A stretch of DNA of 64,000 bases from Octopus sinensis (Eukaryota), in contig NC_042999.1 in the NCBI RefSeq assembly GCF_006345805.1, positions 19,964,001 through 20,028,000 on the forward strand, in the 5' to 3' direction. The notes under the pieces were generated by a model. It saw nothing but the letters and a program-made list of their open reading frames with translations. It was not told where the DNA came from and did not search any database. Every line of letters begins with the position of its first letter. Within the stretch, counting starts at the first letter, position 1. Positions 36,156 to 48,832 of the stretch are shown piece after piece. Position numbers and translations under genes: made by a program.

Positions 36156-36341
36156 GTCCTTTATTTAAGAGATGAAGAATTACGTACATTATTTACATTT
36201 GACGGATATTTGTCCTCATATTATTTGTTGTTAACACAACATTTCGGCTGATATACCTCCCAGCCTTCATTATGATAATAATAATAATAATATCGTAAAA
36301 TACCTTAGGAATGAGAACTCAGGTTCGAAATTTCCCAAGAA
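36156..36341. mobile_element. Family D copy with internal inversion
   Basis: 36156-36270 is the D 3' part on minus (begins ATGAAGG); 36271-36341 is the D upstream part on plus (ends cccaagaa). Confidence 0.8.
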
Positions 36342-36443
36342 ATATATATATATATATATATGTGTGTATGTATATATATATATGTATATATATGTATGTA
36401 TATATATGTATATCTATACATATATATACATATATATATATAT

Positions 36444-36597
36444 AAGGCGAAGGAGTGGGTGTGTGGTAAGTAGCTTGCTTACCAACCACATGGTTCCGGG
36501 TTTGTTTCCACTGCGAGGCACCTTCTACTATAGTCTCGGGCCAACCAAAGCCTTGTGAGTGGATTTGGTAGACGGAAACTGAAAGAAGCCCGTCGTA

Positions 36598-36637
<40 letters not shown>

Positions 36638-36846
36638 TGTGTGTGTATATGATTGTGTTTCTGTGTTTGTTCCTCCAACATCGCTTGACAATGGATACTG
36701 GTGTGTTTATGTCCCCGTAACTTAGCGGTTCGGCAAAAAGGCTTACAAAGAATAAGTCCTGGGGTTGATTTGCTCAACTAAAGGCAGTGCTCCAGCATGG
36801 CCACTGTCAAATGACTGAAACAAGTAAAAGAGTAAAAGAGTAAAGG
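36444..36846 (+). mobile_element. SINE family A
   Basis: Full copy with small deletions. Confidence 0.85.
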
Positions 36847-37269
36847 AGATATACATACATGCATACATATATATTTAATATGAATATGTGCATGCATGTA
36901 CGTATGTACATAAGTAGGTGTGTGTGTGAGTGTATGTTTATGTACATGTGTATCTATGTCAGTCTATAGATTTGCATATACATGCAGATGCATGCAAAAA
37001 ATTGTACGCACATATGCAAATGGATAGAAATGCACACGTTTTAAAAATATTACTTCAAGAACATCACTTTTACAACAAAGTAATTTCATGGGAAACGTTA
37101 TTAGTGACAATGCTTGTATGAAGTTTAAGATGTTTGGTGCATTCTCAAGAGAGCTACAAACAAAATGAAAAAGTGAGCTTCAAACAGCGGTTTTTGCATG
37201 TGCCGTTCAAGGACATCTTTATTAAGAAAAAATAAACATCCATAAAAACATAACTTTCATACAATAATT

Positions 37270-37852
37270 CATAGGAGTGGCTGTGTGGTAAGTAGTTTGC
37301 TTACCAACCACATGGTTCCGGGTTCAGTCCCACTGTGAGGCACCTTGGGCAAGTGTCTTCTACTATAGCCCCGGGCCGACCAATGCCTTGTGAGTGGATT
37401 TGGTAGACGGAAACTGAAAGAAGCCAGTCGTATATATGTAGATATATATATAAGTGTGTATGTGTGTGTGTGTGTATGTGTGTGTGTGTACGTGTGTGTG
37501 TGTGTTTTGTGTCTGTGTTTGCCCCCCTGCATTGCTTGACAACTGACGCTGGTGTGTTTATATCCCTGTAACTTAGCGGTTCGGCAAAAGAGACCAATAG
37601 AGTAAGTACTAGGCTTACAAAGAATAAGTCCTAGGGTCGATTTGGTCAACTAAAGGCGGTGCTTCAGCATGGCCACAGTTAAATGACTGAACCAAGTAAA
37701 AAAGTAAAAGGGTAATATATTCAAACAACAGCTTTCGGGGTCGATAAATTGAGTACCAGTTTCACACTGGGGTCGATGTAATCAACTTAATCCCTTTGTC
37801 TGTCCTTGTTTGTCTCCTCTATGTTTAGCTCCTTGTGGGTAGTAAAGAAATA
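37270..37852 (+). mobile_element. SINE family A (37270-37712) followed by a family B 3' half
   Basis: Family motifs. Confidence 0.85.
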
Positions 37853-38176
37853 TATAATCAAACAACAGATATTTTAAGGCGATGCAGGCTCAGAGTGGCA
37901 GGTGAATGATCAGAATCATCTGACCCAGGATACCGGAATAATGATCCTTTCAGTTATAAAGTGTTATACAATATTCTACACTTATGTACAGAGTTTTGAT
38001 ACTGTTTCTTGGTGAATCAACAAAGGCATGCAAAGAGGCTCCCTAGTTTGATGAGAATCTGTCATTATGTGTTATTTCCCACTGCAACAATCCAAAGTTC
38101 ATGCTTTATCCCTCCTAGTCTCAGTTTGATGATACAAGAGAGTCTATAAAGGGTCATGGTTTCCTTCTTTCTCTGA

Positions 38177-39394
38177 TTAACCCTTTTATTACCAACCTCT
38201 GGCTCTGAGTACAAATGTCTAGTTTTGATAAGATTTGAATTAAAGTTTTCCACCAAATGTTAATAAAAATTAATTTTCCTAACACTAGCTGAATGATAAC
38301 TAAGTTATTTTACTAAATTCTTTGTTATATTTAAAGTAATTGAAAGAAACACAGAGCATCTCAACAAAAATATTGTAACAAATGGATTAAGATATATAAT
38401 AGAGAAACAATTATTAACCTTTTCGATACCAACCTAGCTGAAACTGCCTCTGGCTCTGTAATACAAATGTCTTGTTTTCATAAGTTTTCAATTAAAATCC
38501 TTCACCAAACCTTAGTCACAATTTATGTTCCTAACTCTAGCTTAATGATAACTAAGTTATTTTACTAAATTCTTTGTTATATTTAAAATTAATTGAAAGA
38601 AACACAGAGCATCTCAAAATACATACAGTAACGAAAAGGTTAATATATAATAGAGAAACAATTATTAACCCTTTCATTGCCAACCTAGCTGAAACCACCT
38701 CTGGCTCTGTAGTACAAACGTCTTGTTTTCATAAGTACTGAATTAAAATCTTCCACCAAACCTTAGTCACAATTTATGTTGCAAACACTAGCTTAATGAT
38801 AACTAAGTTATTTTACTAAATTCTTTGTTATAAGATTAATTGAAAGAAAAACACAGAGTATCTCAAAAGAAATATTGTAACAAAAGTATTAAGATATATA
38901 ATAGAGAAACAATTATTAACCCTTTTGATACCAACCTGGCTGAAACCGCCTCTGGCTCTGTAGTACAAATGTCTTGTTTTCATAAGTTTTCAATGAAAAT
39001 CTTCCACCAAACCTTAGTCACAATTTATGTTCCTAACACTAGCTTAATGATAACTATGTTATTTTACTAAATTCTTTGTTATATTTAAAATTAATTGAAA
39101 GAAACACAGAGCATCTCAAAATACATACAGTAACGAAAAGGTTAATATATAATAGAGAAACAATTATTAACCCTTTCATTACCAACCTAGCTGAAACCAC
39201 CTCTGGCTCTGTAGTACAAATGTCTTGTTTTCATATGTACTGAATTAAAATCTTCCACCAAACCTTAGGCACAATTTATGTTCCAAACACTAGCTTAATG
39301 ATAACTATGTTATTTTACTAAATTCTTTGTTATATTTGAAGTAATTGAAAGAAATACAGAGCATCTAAAAATAAATACAGTAATGAAAGGGTTA
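38177..39394. repeat. Five-unit tandem array (~251 bp) of a piggyBac-like MITE plus a ~21-bp spacer
   Basis: Units start TTAACC at 38177, 38414, 38665, 38916, 39167; units 2, 4 and 5 end ...gtaa(c/t)gaaa(a/g)ggtta(a); spacer atataatagagaaacaatta. Confidence 0.85.
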
Positions 39395-39544
39395 TGAAAG
39401 TTGAAAAACAAAACGAAATAACTATATATTTTGTGATCAAATTTTGCCAGGATTTTCAGAGTTATTTATTCATTTATCCAATATGATCAAAGTCCATACA
39501 TTGAGATTTGTCATAATAAAATATAGGTTCTATCTCTTACAAAA

Positions 39545-39915
39545 TTGCTCCTCCTGGAGTTTGTTCACACCGCTTCTTTGCTCTTTGTAGGCCATGATTT
39601 CCACAGAGCTCCCAATGAATCATTCTTGCCACATTGTCGTGGTGTCTTTTATATTTGTGTTGTGCCAATTTTGTGCATTCGATAATGATGTGTCATACCG
39701 TTTCACTCCTGTCACCACACATTCTGCATTTGTCACTATCAGTACTATTGTCAATTCTGCACTTCATATAGTTGGTCCTTAACACTTGATCTTGAGCTGC
39801 TCATATGAGACCATCTGTCATTGTCTTCAGGTCACTCCACCTCATCCATAGCCACTGGTCCTCAGTATCAGTCTTGATATTCAGATCTCTTGCAAACTGA
39901 CCATACATTTTCCTT
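39545..39915 (-). pseudogene. R4/Dong-clade LINE fragment (CCHC zinc-knuckle region, further subfamily)
   Basis: Minus strand KMYGQFARDL...QWLWMRWSDLK...AAQDQVLRTNY...KCRMCGDRSETV*HIIIECTKLAQHKYKRHHDNVARMIHWELC. Confidence 0.8.
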
Positions 39916-40080
39916 TCATGCTTTTTTTTTTTGTTCATTTCTTGTTTAAATTTTCTCTCGTTACACAGTTTTCAGTTTTGATGATGCTGGCTTTCTTCGT
40001 GTATTTCAACAGTAGCTTCACAACATTTTTTATATGCCACCTATTACTATTATCATTGTCATCATCATCTTCATTATTAT

Positions 40081-40598
40081 CATGCCATCAAAGTGACACT
40101 GGGTTAAAATATACGAAGCCCAGTATACCCATCATGACTACCTGTCTGATAAGGGTGCACCAGGCACATGCATCACAGCCATATGTGCGCAACATGATTT
40201 CATATCAAGATAAACAGCACATGACCTTGCAGGTGGGTTCCAGTTAGAATTTTCTTCAGGTCGATTAGCCCATCCTGCTCAAAAGGTCCCTGAATAAGGA
40301 TTGTTTAAGGATATTGAATGAAACACCCATGTTTTCAAAGGTGAATTCCTTTCAACATACGGCTATGTTGCTCCCTCACTACTTCTGCTCATGATCAGAG
40401 ATGCACATATCGTCAGCCACTAAGGGACATGCTCAACTGGTTAAGTTCAAACAACTGACAAGCAAATCTGTGGTATTGAGCAGAATATTTGCTGTAGCCC
40501 ATCTTTTATACCAAGACAAAACAATGTACATGATAACACTTCCAATCAGTTAAGATCAGAAGCCATGAGGGCCACTGCCTGGTACTGCATCAGGGCAT
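40081..40598 (-). mobile_element. Unclassified ~550-bp element X, copy 1 (strand given relative to copy 2)
   Basis: Reverse complement of 44436-44989; flanked by ATT/ATC/CTT tracts. Confidence 0.8.
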
Positions 40599-40603
40599 AT
40601 ATT

Positions 40604-40634
<31 letters not shown>

Positions 40635-40660
40635 TTCTTCTTCTTCTTCTTATTATTATT

Positions 40661-40900
40661 ATATGTTTGATTTTTGCTTTACATTTGCACAAGTTGGCTC
40701 CAAGTCTCACCCAGAGACCTCAAGAGACAACAAGTTGGAAGTCCATGTTGGTGTTATGCCTAGGATACCATGTATTTGGTGTTGTACTCAGTGTTGTACT
40801 AGTGAATGTCTAAAAAAAAACATACGAAAATTAAGTTTGTTTTAGAACTTGAAATTACATAGAAAGTATTTTGCGTAGGATATGAGCAGTTCCCATGAGC
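40661..40900 (-). mobile_element. R4/Dong-clade LINE 3' end (subfamily 2)
   Basis: LMGTAHILRKILSM* plus 3' UTR as at 8523-8785; ATT tracts on both sides. Confidence 0.85.
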
Positions 40901-41594
40901 TCATTATTATTATTATTATTATCATCATCATCATCATCATCATTATTATTATTAATACTATTGCTATTATTATTACTATTATTATTATTGCTATTGTTAT
41001 TGCTATTATCATTGTTGATATTATTATAACTATGAAAACTCACCATCATCCAAGTGATCCACCGTAACAAGATTACAACTAAAATTACGCATATGAAACA
41101 TTTAATTTTATTGTTCACTTTATTATCGATTTGTTTGGTTTTTTTTAATACTCAAAAATTTAACTGTGTAACAAAAGAACATTAGAAAACATTGTTTTGT
41201 AAATATGAAATGAGTATATATTATGGGAATTATTTGAAATGAAAATATTAATTGATGCCGAAAATGCTGAAAGATTACAGTACTGTTAAATTGGATATCA
41301 TACAGCATGTGAATTTATGTGATGGGGAATAAGCAAATGATATCATTGTTTGTCATTTATGTATTAGATCTTGTGCAGAAATCTGGTCAAAAACATAATT
41401 ATAAATGAACATACTTTATTTGTGTCGTTTGAAAATATATCCTAAATTAATTTAACTCTAATGCCAATAAAGAAAAAATTAATTTTAAAAATATTGGATA
41501 TCAGATCTAATGTTTTAAAAACGTACAGAATCACCTTTTAAAAACATGTTTTAGACTGATTCTCAAAAATTCATCAGTTAATTCATTTATATTT

Positions 41595-42120
41595 GCATCT
41601 GCTTGTGAAGACCTGTTGAGGCAAGTGAAATCGAAATCGAAATCAAACTCAGTGACTGACATCCGTTGCTAGTGGAGCACTAAGAGCACCATATGAGTGA
41701 GATTGTTGCCAGAGCAACAAGCTGGCCTCTGTACCGATGGCACGTTAAAAGACCATTCGAGTGTGATTGTTACCTGCATCGCCTTAGTAGCACTTGTGCT
41801 GGTGGCACATGAAAGAAAACATTCGAGCAAGGTCATTGCCAGTGCCGCTGGACTGGCTCCTGAGCAGGTGGCACATAAAAAGCACCATTTGAGCATGGCT
41901 GTTGCTAGGACCACCTGACTGGCCTTTGTGCTGGTGGCACGTAAAAGCACCCACTACACTCGCGGAGTGGTTGGCGTTAGGAAGGGCATCCAGCTGTAGA
42001 AACTCTGCCAGATCAGATTGGAGATAGGTGCAGCCATCTGGTTCGCCAGACCTCAGTCAAATTGTCCAACTCATGCTAGCATGGAAAGCGGACCTTAAAC
42101 AAAGATGATGATGATGATAT
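41595..42120 (+). mobile_element. Family C RTE-type tail with ~65-bp VNTR
   Basis: ctgcttgtgaagacctgttgaggcaagtgaaatc...repeats...(gat)n. Confidence 0.85.
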
Positions 42121-42313
42121 GGATTAACATATGTTATTTCAATCTATTTGTTCGTTTATTTGGATTATCTGGAGTTGTATTCTGATGTAGTTTTAATACC
42201 CTTTTCTACAAAATCCTTGGAGAAGACTAAGACCCCCATTTTGACACATTTGTATTTGCACTGGTACACTCATAGGCCAGTACCAAAATAGAGATCATTG
42301 AAAGAAGAAAGAA

Positions 42314-42504
42314 GAAGAAAGAAGACATGCACCCAACACCAGAGCTGAAGACACCTCCAAAAGGGGTGGGCCCCGCTATGTCAAAACGGTAGAGGAATAG
42401 GGGCCAAAACCAGACGTGGTTCCTCTTGATGATGTCTTCAGCTAACTGGATCCTATAAAGGAGCTGTTGTGGTAGCAGACCATGAAACACGGTTGTAATC
42501 CCTC
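42314..42504 (+). repeat. Family H, copy 2
   Basis: Matches 23477-23666. Confidence 0.8.
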
Positions 42505-42807
42505 AGATGTAGATGAGTTGGTCATGTGAAAGCCACATAGTCAGGTGAGCAGCTGATGTGATAGATGGGTGAAGAATTGTCATCACAGTGCAAATTAATC
42601 AATCCTTTCCCAGTCTGGAGATATGTGTGTGTTTAGGTATGGTCGTCTGGTAAAGAAGCTTGCTTCCTAATCACATGGTCTCAGGCCCTCTTCCATGCAG
42701 CAGCAACTTGGACGAGAATATTCTGCTAGAGCCTTGGTCTGGCCAAATGTTTGTGAGTGGATTCGGTAAATAAGAACTGAAAGAAGAACCCTAAAGAAGA
42801 CATCTAA

Positions 42808-43042
42808 GAAGGCAGTGAGCTGGCAGAAACGTTAACACGCCGGGCGAAATGCTTAGCGGTATTTTGTCTGCCACTACGTTCTGAGTTCAAATTCCGCTGA
42901 GGTTGACTTTGCCTTTTATCCTTTCGGGGTCTATTATATAAGTAGCAGTTACGCACTGGGATCGATATAATTGACTTAATCCGTTTGTCTGTCTTTGTTT
43001 GTCCCCTCTGTGTGTAGCCCCTTGTGAGCAGTAAGGAAATAT
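42808..43042 (+). mobile_element. SINE family B
   Basis: Full copy. Confidence 0.85.
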
Positions 43043-43362
43043 GTATACATCTAAGTGTGTGTGTGTGTTCGTGTGTGTGTGTGTGGTGTGTGTGTGTGTG
43101 CATGTGTGTGTGTGTGTGTGTGTGTGTGCTTGCATGTATCATTGTCTTGACATCATGTAACAGTTGTAAATAAGCCTCACTGTAATATACTCATTGCTTT
43201 TTCCTTCCAGTCTTCTGTGAAAAATTGTGTCTGACCGTGGGGAAATATTACTTTGTTTGGGAACAGGTGAGAATTGGTAACAGGTAAGGGATTTGGCTGT
43301 AGAAAATCTGCTATATCAAATACCATCTAACCCATAAAAACATGTAAAAGTGGATATTGAAT

Positions 43363-43394
<32 letters not shown>

Positions 43395-43507
43395 ACTGTG
43401 TGTGTGTGTGTGACCGTGTGTGTGTATATATGTATATATATGTATGTATAGATACATAGATAGATACAATGGATGAATGTATGTATGGTTAGGTAGGTAG
43501 TATACAA

Positions 43508-43596
<89 letters not shown>

Positions 43597-43689
43597 CCAG
43601 CATGGCTGCACCCTTCGGGCTAAAACATTTTTAAGGATTTAAGGATTTATATATATATATATATATAATATATATATAATATATATATA

Positions 43690-43725
<36 letters not shown>

Positions 43726-43899
43726 CTATACATTTATATATATATATATATATATATATACACGTATATATATACATATATACATACAGATATACATACA
43801 TACATACATACATACATACATGCATATATGTGTGTATACACACACACATATATACAGATATATATATATAATATATATATATATAATATATAATATATA

Positions 43900-43947
<48 letters not shown>

Positions 43948-44322
43948 AATCATATCTAATTCTTTTATAAGACTTATTAATTTTGTTCTGCAAAGCTTGC
44001 CATTTGAAGGCAAATACGAAAACAAAAAGCAATTTATTCTAGTTAAGAGATATAAAAATAAACAAATAAATAAATATGTGGGTAGGAAAGAGAGATCAGA
44101 AGAAAGACAGGTTAAGAAAATAGAGAAAACCTATCCTAGCAAGTGTGCAGTATATGATGTCAAGAACAGTAATTTTTTAAAAAATCAGGAATATCTGGAT
44201 AAAAAAACGATTTAGTAAATTATAAAAGTAATATTGGATTTGATATTTTGACAGAATATTAAAAGCATTTCAGACCAAAAATTAACAGGAATGAAACAAA
44301 AAAAAAATGAAATAATAGTAAT

Positions 44323-44370
<48 letters not shown>

Positions 44371-44397
44371 AATAGTAATAGTAATATAATAATAATA

Positions 44398-44435
<38 letters not shown>

Positions 44436-44437
<2 letters not shown>

Positions 44438-44989
44438 GCCCTGATGCAGTACCAGGCAGTGGCTCTCATGGCTTCTGATCTTAACTGATTGGAAGTGTTA
44501 TCATGTACATTGTTTTGTCTTGGTATAAAAGATGGCTAGAGCAAATATTCTGCTCAATACCACAGATTTGCTTGTCAGTTGTTTGACCTTAACCAGTTGA
44601 GCATGTCCCTTAGTGGCTGACGATATGTGCATCTCTGATCACGAGCAGAAGTAGTGGGGGAGCATCATAGCCATGTGTTGAGAGGGATTCTTTGGGGTTT
44701 GAATAATTCACCTCTGGAAACATGGGTGGTTCTTTCAACATCCTTAAACAACCTTATTCAGGGACCTTTTGAGCGGGATGGGCTACTCAACATGAAGAAA
44801 ATTCTAACTGGGCCCCACCTGCAAGGTCATGTGCTGTTTATCTTGATATGAGATCACCATGTCGCACACATATGGTTGTGATGCATGTGCCTGGTGTACC
44901 TTTATCAGACGGGTAGTCATGATGGGTATATTGGGCTTCGTATATTTTACCCCAGTGTCACTTTGATGGCATGCACTGCTCTCTCACTC
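44436..44989 (+). mobile_element. Unclassified 554-bp element X, copy 2, embedded in (AAT)n
   Basis: atgccctgatgcagtaccagg...gcactgctctctcactc with (AAT)n immediately on both sides. Confidence 0.8.
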
Positions 44990-45547
44990 AATAATAATAA
45001 TAATAATAACAATAATAATAATAAAAATAGTAATAATAATAATAATAAAAGAAAATAAATATCATAATAAAAGAAAATAATAATAATAATAATAAAAGAA
45101 AATAATAATAATAAAAGAAAAGCTGAAGCAAGATATCCTTGCCAAAGCACAAAGGATCCGCCGGTACGAGAAACGCCAACGCTTCTTTGAAGAAAACAAA
45201 AAGTTCAACTCCAACCCCCAAAAGTTCTACTAAGAACTGGGCAAAAATAAAAAAAAAGTCACTGCAGCACCAACGGCAGAAGAATTGGAAGAATTCTGGA
45301 GAGAAATATGGTCGATGAACGAACAACCAAAAAAAAGGAGTATCAGAATAACAAACTCGGCATCTGAACAACTTTGGACCCCCATAACAACTGAAGATGT
45401 CACCCAGGCACTGCAAAAACTAAGCAACTGGAAGGCACCTGGGCATGACAAGATCCCCAACTTCTGGTTGAAATATCTAACAGGAATGCACAAAAAGCTG
45501 GCTGAAAACTTTAACAACATACTAGCAGAGCCAGAGACAATGCCTGA

Positions 45548-46924
45548 ATGGCTCACGAAGGGAAAACCATCTTAATTCCCAAATCAAATGAAACAGCAAA
45601 ACCAGAAAACTACAGACCAATAACCTGCCTCCCTACTATGTTCAAGGCATTTACTGCAGTGATATCACAAAGGCTGAACAAGCACCTGGACGAAAACAAA
45701 CTGTTCCCAGAAGAGCAGAAAGGATGCCGCAAAGGCTCATATGGCTGTAAAGATCAATTAATGATTAATAAAGCCATAACTGAAGACAGCCACAGAAAGA
45801 AGAAAGGCCTTAGTATGGCCTGGATTAACTACAAAAAGGCGTTTGATAGCATCCCCCACACATGGATCCTCGAAACACTAGCCATTAACAAAGTAGCACC
45901 AACAATCATAAAATTCATAGAGCACTCTATGAATAAATGGCAAACAGCCATACACCTCCAAATAAAAGAGGGACTCATGAAAACCAAAGACATCCCCATT
46001 AGAAGAGGAATATTCCAGGGAGACACGCTCTCTCCACACCTTTTCTGCTTGGCACTGTCACCTCTATCTGATATACTAAATAGAACTGGATGCGGATGTA
46101 AATGTTACGGCAAAACGATCAGCCACCTTTTATATATGGATGACCTAAAACTATACGCTGCAAATGACAAACAGCTGGAAACACTATTAAAGACAGTTCA
46201 TGGATTTACCAAAGAAATAGATATGAAATTTGGATTAGAAAAATGCACCAAAGTAACCATGAAAAGAGGAAAACTAGTTAAGAGTAACAACATCACACAA
46301 GATAAAACCAATGAAATAAAAGAATTAGACCAAAGCCAAACTTACGAATACTTAGGAATCCATGAACTAGATAAGACACAACACACACAAATGAAAGAGA
46401 AAATAAAAAAAGAATATTATAGACGTGTTAGATCAATACTAAAAACAGAGCTCAATGCTAAAAACAAGATAATAGGTATCAACACTTTAGCTGTCCCAGT
46501 TATAAGTTACAGCTACAATATCCTTAACTGGACGCGAAATGAACTGACCAAAATAGATAGGAAAACAAGAAAAATAATGACAGGATCTAGGATGCATCAC
46601 CCAAAATCTGACATAGAAAGACTATATATACAACGTATAGAAGGTGGTAGAGGCCTTATACAGCTGGAAAACTACTATAAAATAACCACCATAGGACTGC
46701 AAAAATATCTACTTCAGAAGGAAGGAAAACTGATCCAGATAGCGGCAAAACACGAGCAAAACAAAAAACTGTTCTCAGTATTTAAGGAAGCTGACAAATA
46801 CAAACAAGAAATCATACCACCTAATAAACATGAAGAAGAAGAAGAAGAAGAAGATGAAGAAACAACAAAAGCCATAAAACAAATGAAATCCAAACTAAAA
46901 GTAGAACAGCAACGAACCATGTAA
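45548..46924 (+). pseudogene. Reverse transcriptase domain of the R4/Dong element
   Basis: ENYRPITCLPT, EEQKG, WINYKKAFDSIPH, GIFQGDTLSP, HLLYMDDLKLY, FGLEKC motifs. Confidence 0.92.
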
Positions 46925-47011
46925 AAAGGATGGCAAGAAAAGCCCCCTCATGGTAAATACTGGACTAAACTAAACGCAAAAGAAATAGACAAAGAAAAAT
47001 CCCAGCAATGG

Positions 47012-47698
47012 TTGAGAAGCTCGGGACTCAAAGCAGAAACAGAGGGATTTTTAATTGCAGCACAAGACCAAAGCCTCCCCACCAGAAATTACCAAAAACA
47101 TGTAATGAAAAGAAATATTACAAGTAACTGCAGAATATGTGGAGATGGACAAGAAACAATAAATCATATTATCTCTAGCTGCCCAGTCCTGGCTAAGAAG
47201 GAATATATTCACAGACATGACAGAGTTGGAACCTACATACATTGGAAGCTATGCCAACATTATGGAATAACAACAGAAAAAAGATGGTATAGGCACACAC
47301 CAGAAAAGGTCACAGAAAACGAAAAAGCAACCATACTCTGGGATATGCCGACACACACAGATAGAGAAATTAAGGCCAACAGACCAGATATAGTTGTCAG
47401 AGATCATGAAGAAAAAAAATGCTTTCTAATTGATGTATCAATACCGGCAGATGACAACGCGTCTCTAAAAGAAATGGAGAAACTCTCAAAATACAAAGAC
47501 CTGGAAATAGAGGTAACTAGAATGTGGAATCTGAAAACAGAAACAATTCCTATCATAGTAGGTGCATTAGGCATGATAAAAAAATATTCAGACAAATACA
47601 TAACAAAAACACCAGGACTTACAAACACATATAACATACAGAAAATTGCACTACTAGGCACTGCACACATCCTACGCAGAACACTTTCCATACAATAA
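47012..47698 (+). pseudogene. CCHC and RLE endonuclease C-terminus, same frame as 45548-46924
   Basis: CRICGDGQETINHIISSC; RHD; RPDIV...IDVSIP...KLSKYKDL; IPIIVGALG; GTAHILR. Confidence 0.92.
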
Positions 47699-47886
47699 CC
47701 ATCAGAGCATCACAACAAATCACAGCACATACCCAAGGCACACAGAGCTGCGCTCGGTAGTGAAGTGAAAGCACGCTATAAAAATAAAACTACTGAATAA
47801 TAATAATAATAATAATGATAATAATAATAATAGTAATAATAATAATAACAACAGCAACAATAATAATAATAACAACAATAATAATA

Positions 47887-47950
<64 letters not shown>

Positions 47951-47951
<1 letters not shown>

Positions 47952-48799
47952 CGGAGCTCAGGGCTAAAAGCAGAGAGCGAAGGTTTCATCCTGGCTGCTC
48001 AAGATCAAAGCCTATTAACCCGGAACTACCAGGCCAATGTGATGAAAAATGGAGCAGACCCAAAATGCCGATTCTGCAACGACATGATTGAAACAGTGGA
48101 CCACCTAATCTCTGGATGTAAAGTCTTAGCACCAGTGGAGTATAAATTAAGACATGACAGAGTTGGCCAATATCTCCACTAGCTAATAAGTCGGCATTAC
48201 AATATCAAAACTGCCGACAAGTGGTATAATCACCACCCTGAGGCCGTAACGGAAGGAGAAAATGTAAACCATTTGTGGGACTTTCCAGTAGATACAGACC
48301 GAACCATCAAGGCCAATAAACCAGATATTGTTGTGAAAGACCAAAACAATAAGTTTGTTATTGATCGACATGAGCATCCCCTGTGATCATAATATCTCAG
48401 CGAAAGAGTTTGCAAGCTCAGAAAATATAAAGACCTACTCATTGAAAATGAGAAAATGTGGCATCTCAAGGTCGTTTACAATACAAGTGATCGTAGGGGC
48501 ACTAGGAATGATCAAGAAGGGAACCAAATTATATGAGAATGATCCTGGCTTACCATCCCCCTGCAAGAAGTGCAAAAGATTGTCTTAACTGGTACATCAC
48601 ACGTATTGAGAAGAGCATTGTCGATGTGAGAACTGTTGCTGCTCATGTATTTTAATTAACTTAAAAAAAATTAAAAAAATGAACGAACTACTGAGTTTGG
48701 TTAATGGCCTACCAAAGTTTACTATGAGTTTCTTTGCCCTAGGAGTCGGGAAAACCACTCGGCAAGAAATGGAAGCAAATTTGAAAGAAGAAAAAAAAA
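47951..48799 (+). mobile_element. R4/Dong-clade LINE 3' fragment (subfamily 3), frameshifted
   Basis: SSGLKAESEGFILAAQDQ...KCRFCNDMIETVDHLISGC...KPDIVV; (AAT)n on both sides. Confidence 0.88.

Positions 48800-48832
<33 letters not shown>

Larger units (their letters stand above)
45119..47795 (+). mobile_element. 5'-truncated R4/Dong-clade non-LTR retrotransposon (RT, CCHC, restriction-like endonuclease), subfamily 1
   Basis: One original ORF broken by a stop near 45231, a frameshift near 45560-45575 and a stop at 46922-24; ~100-nt 3' UTR; AAT-rich tracts on both sides. Confidence 0.92.

Noticed and set aside
44620-44660. CTGACGA in element X as a hammerhead core
   Set aside because: Not followed by a stem II and GAAA
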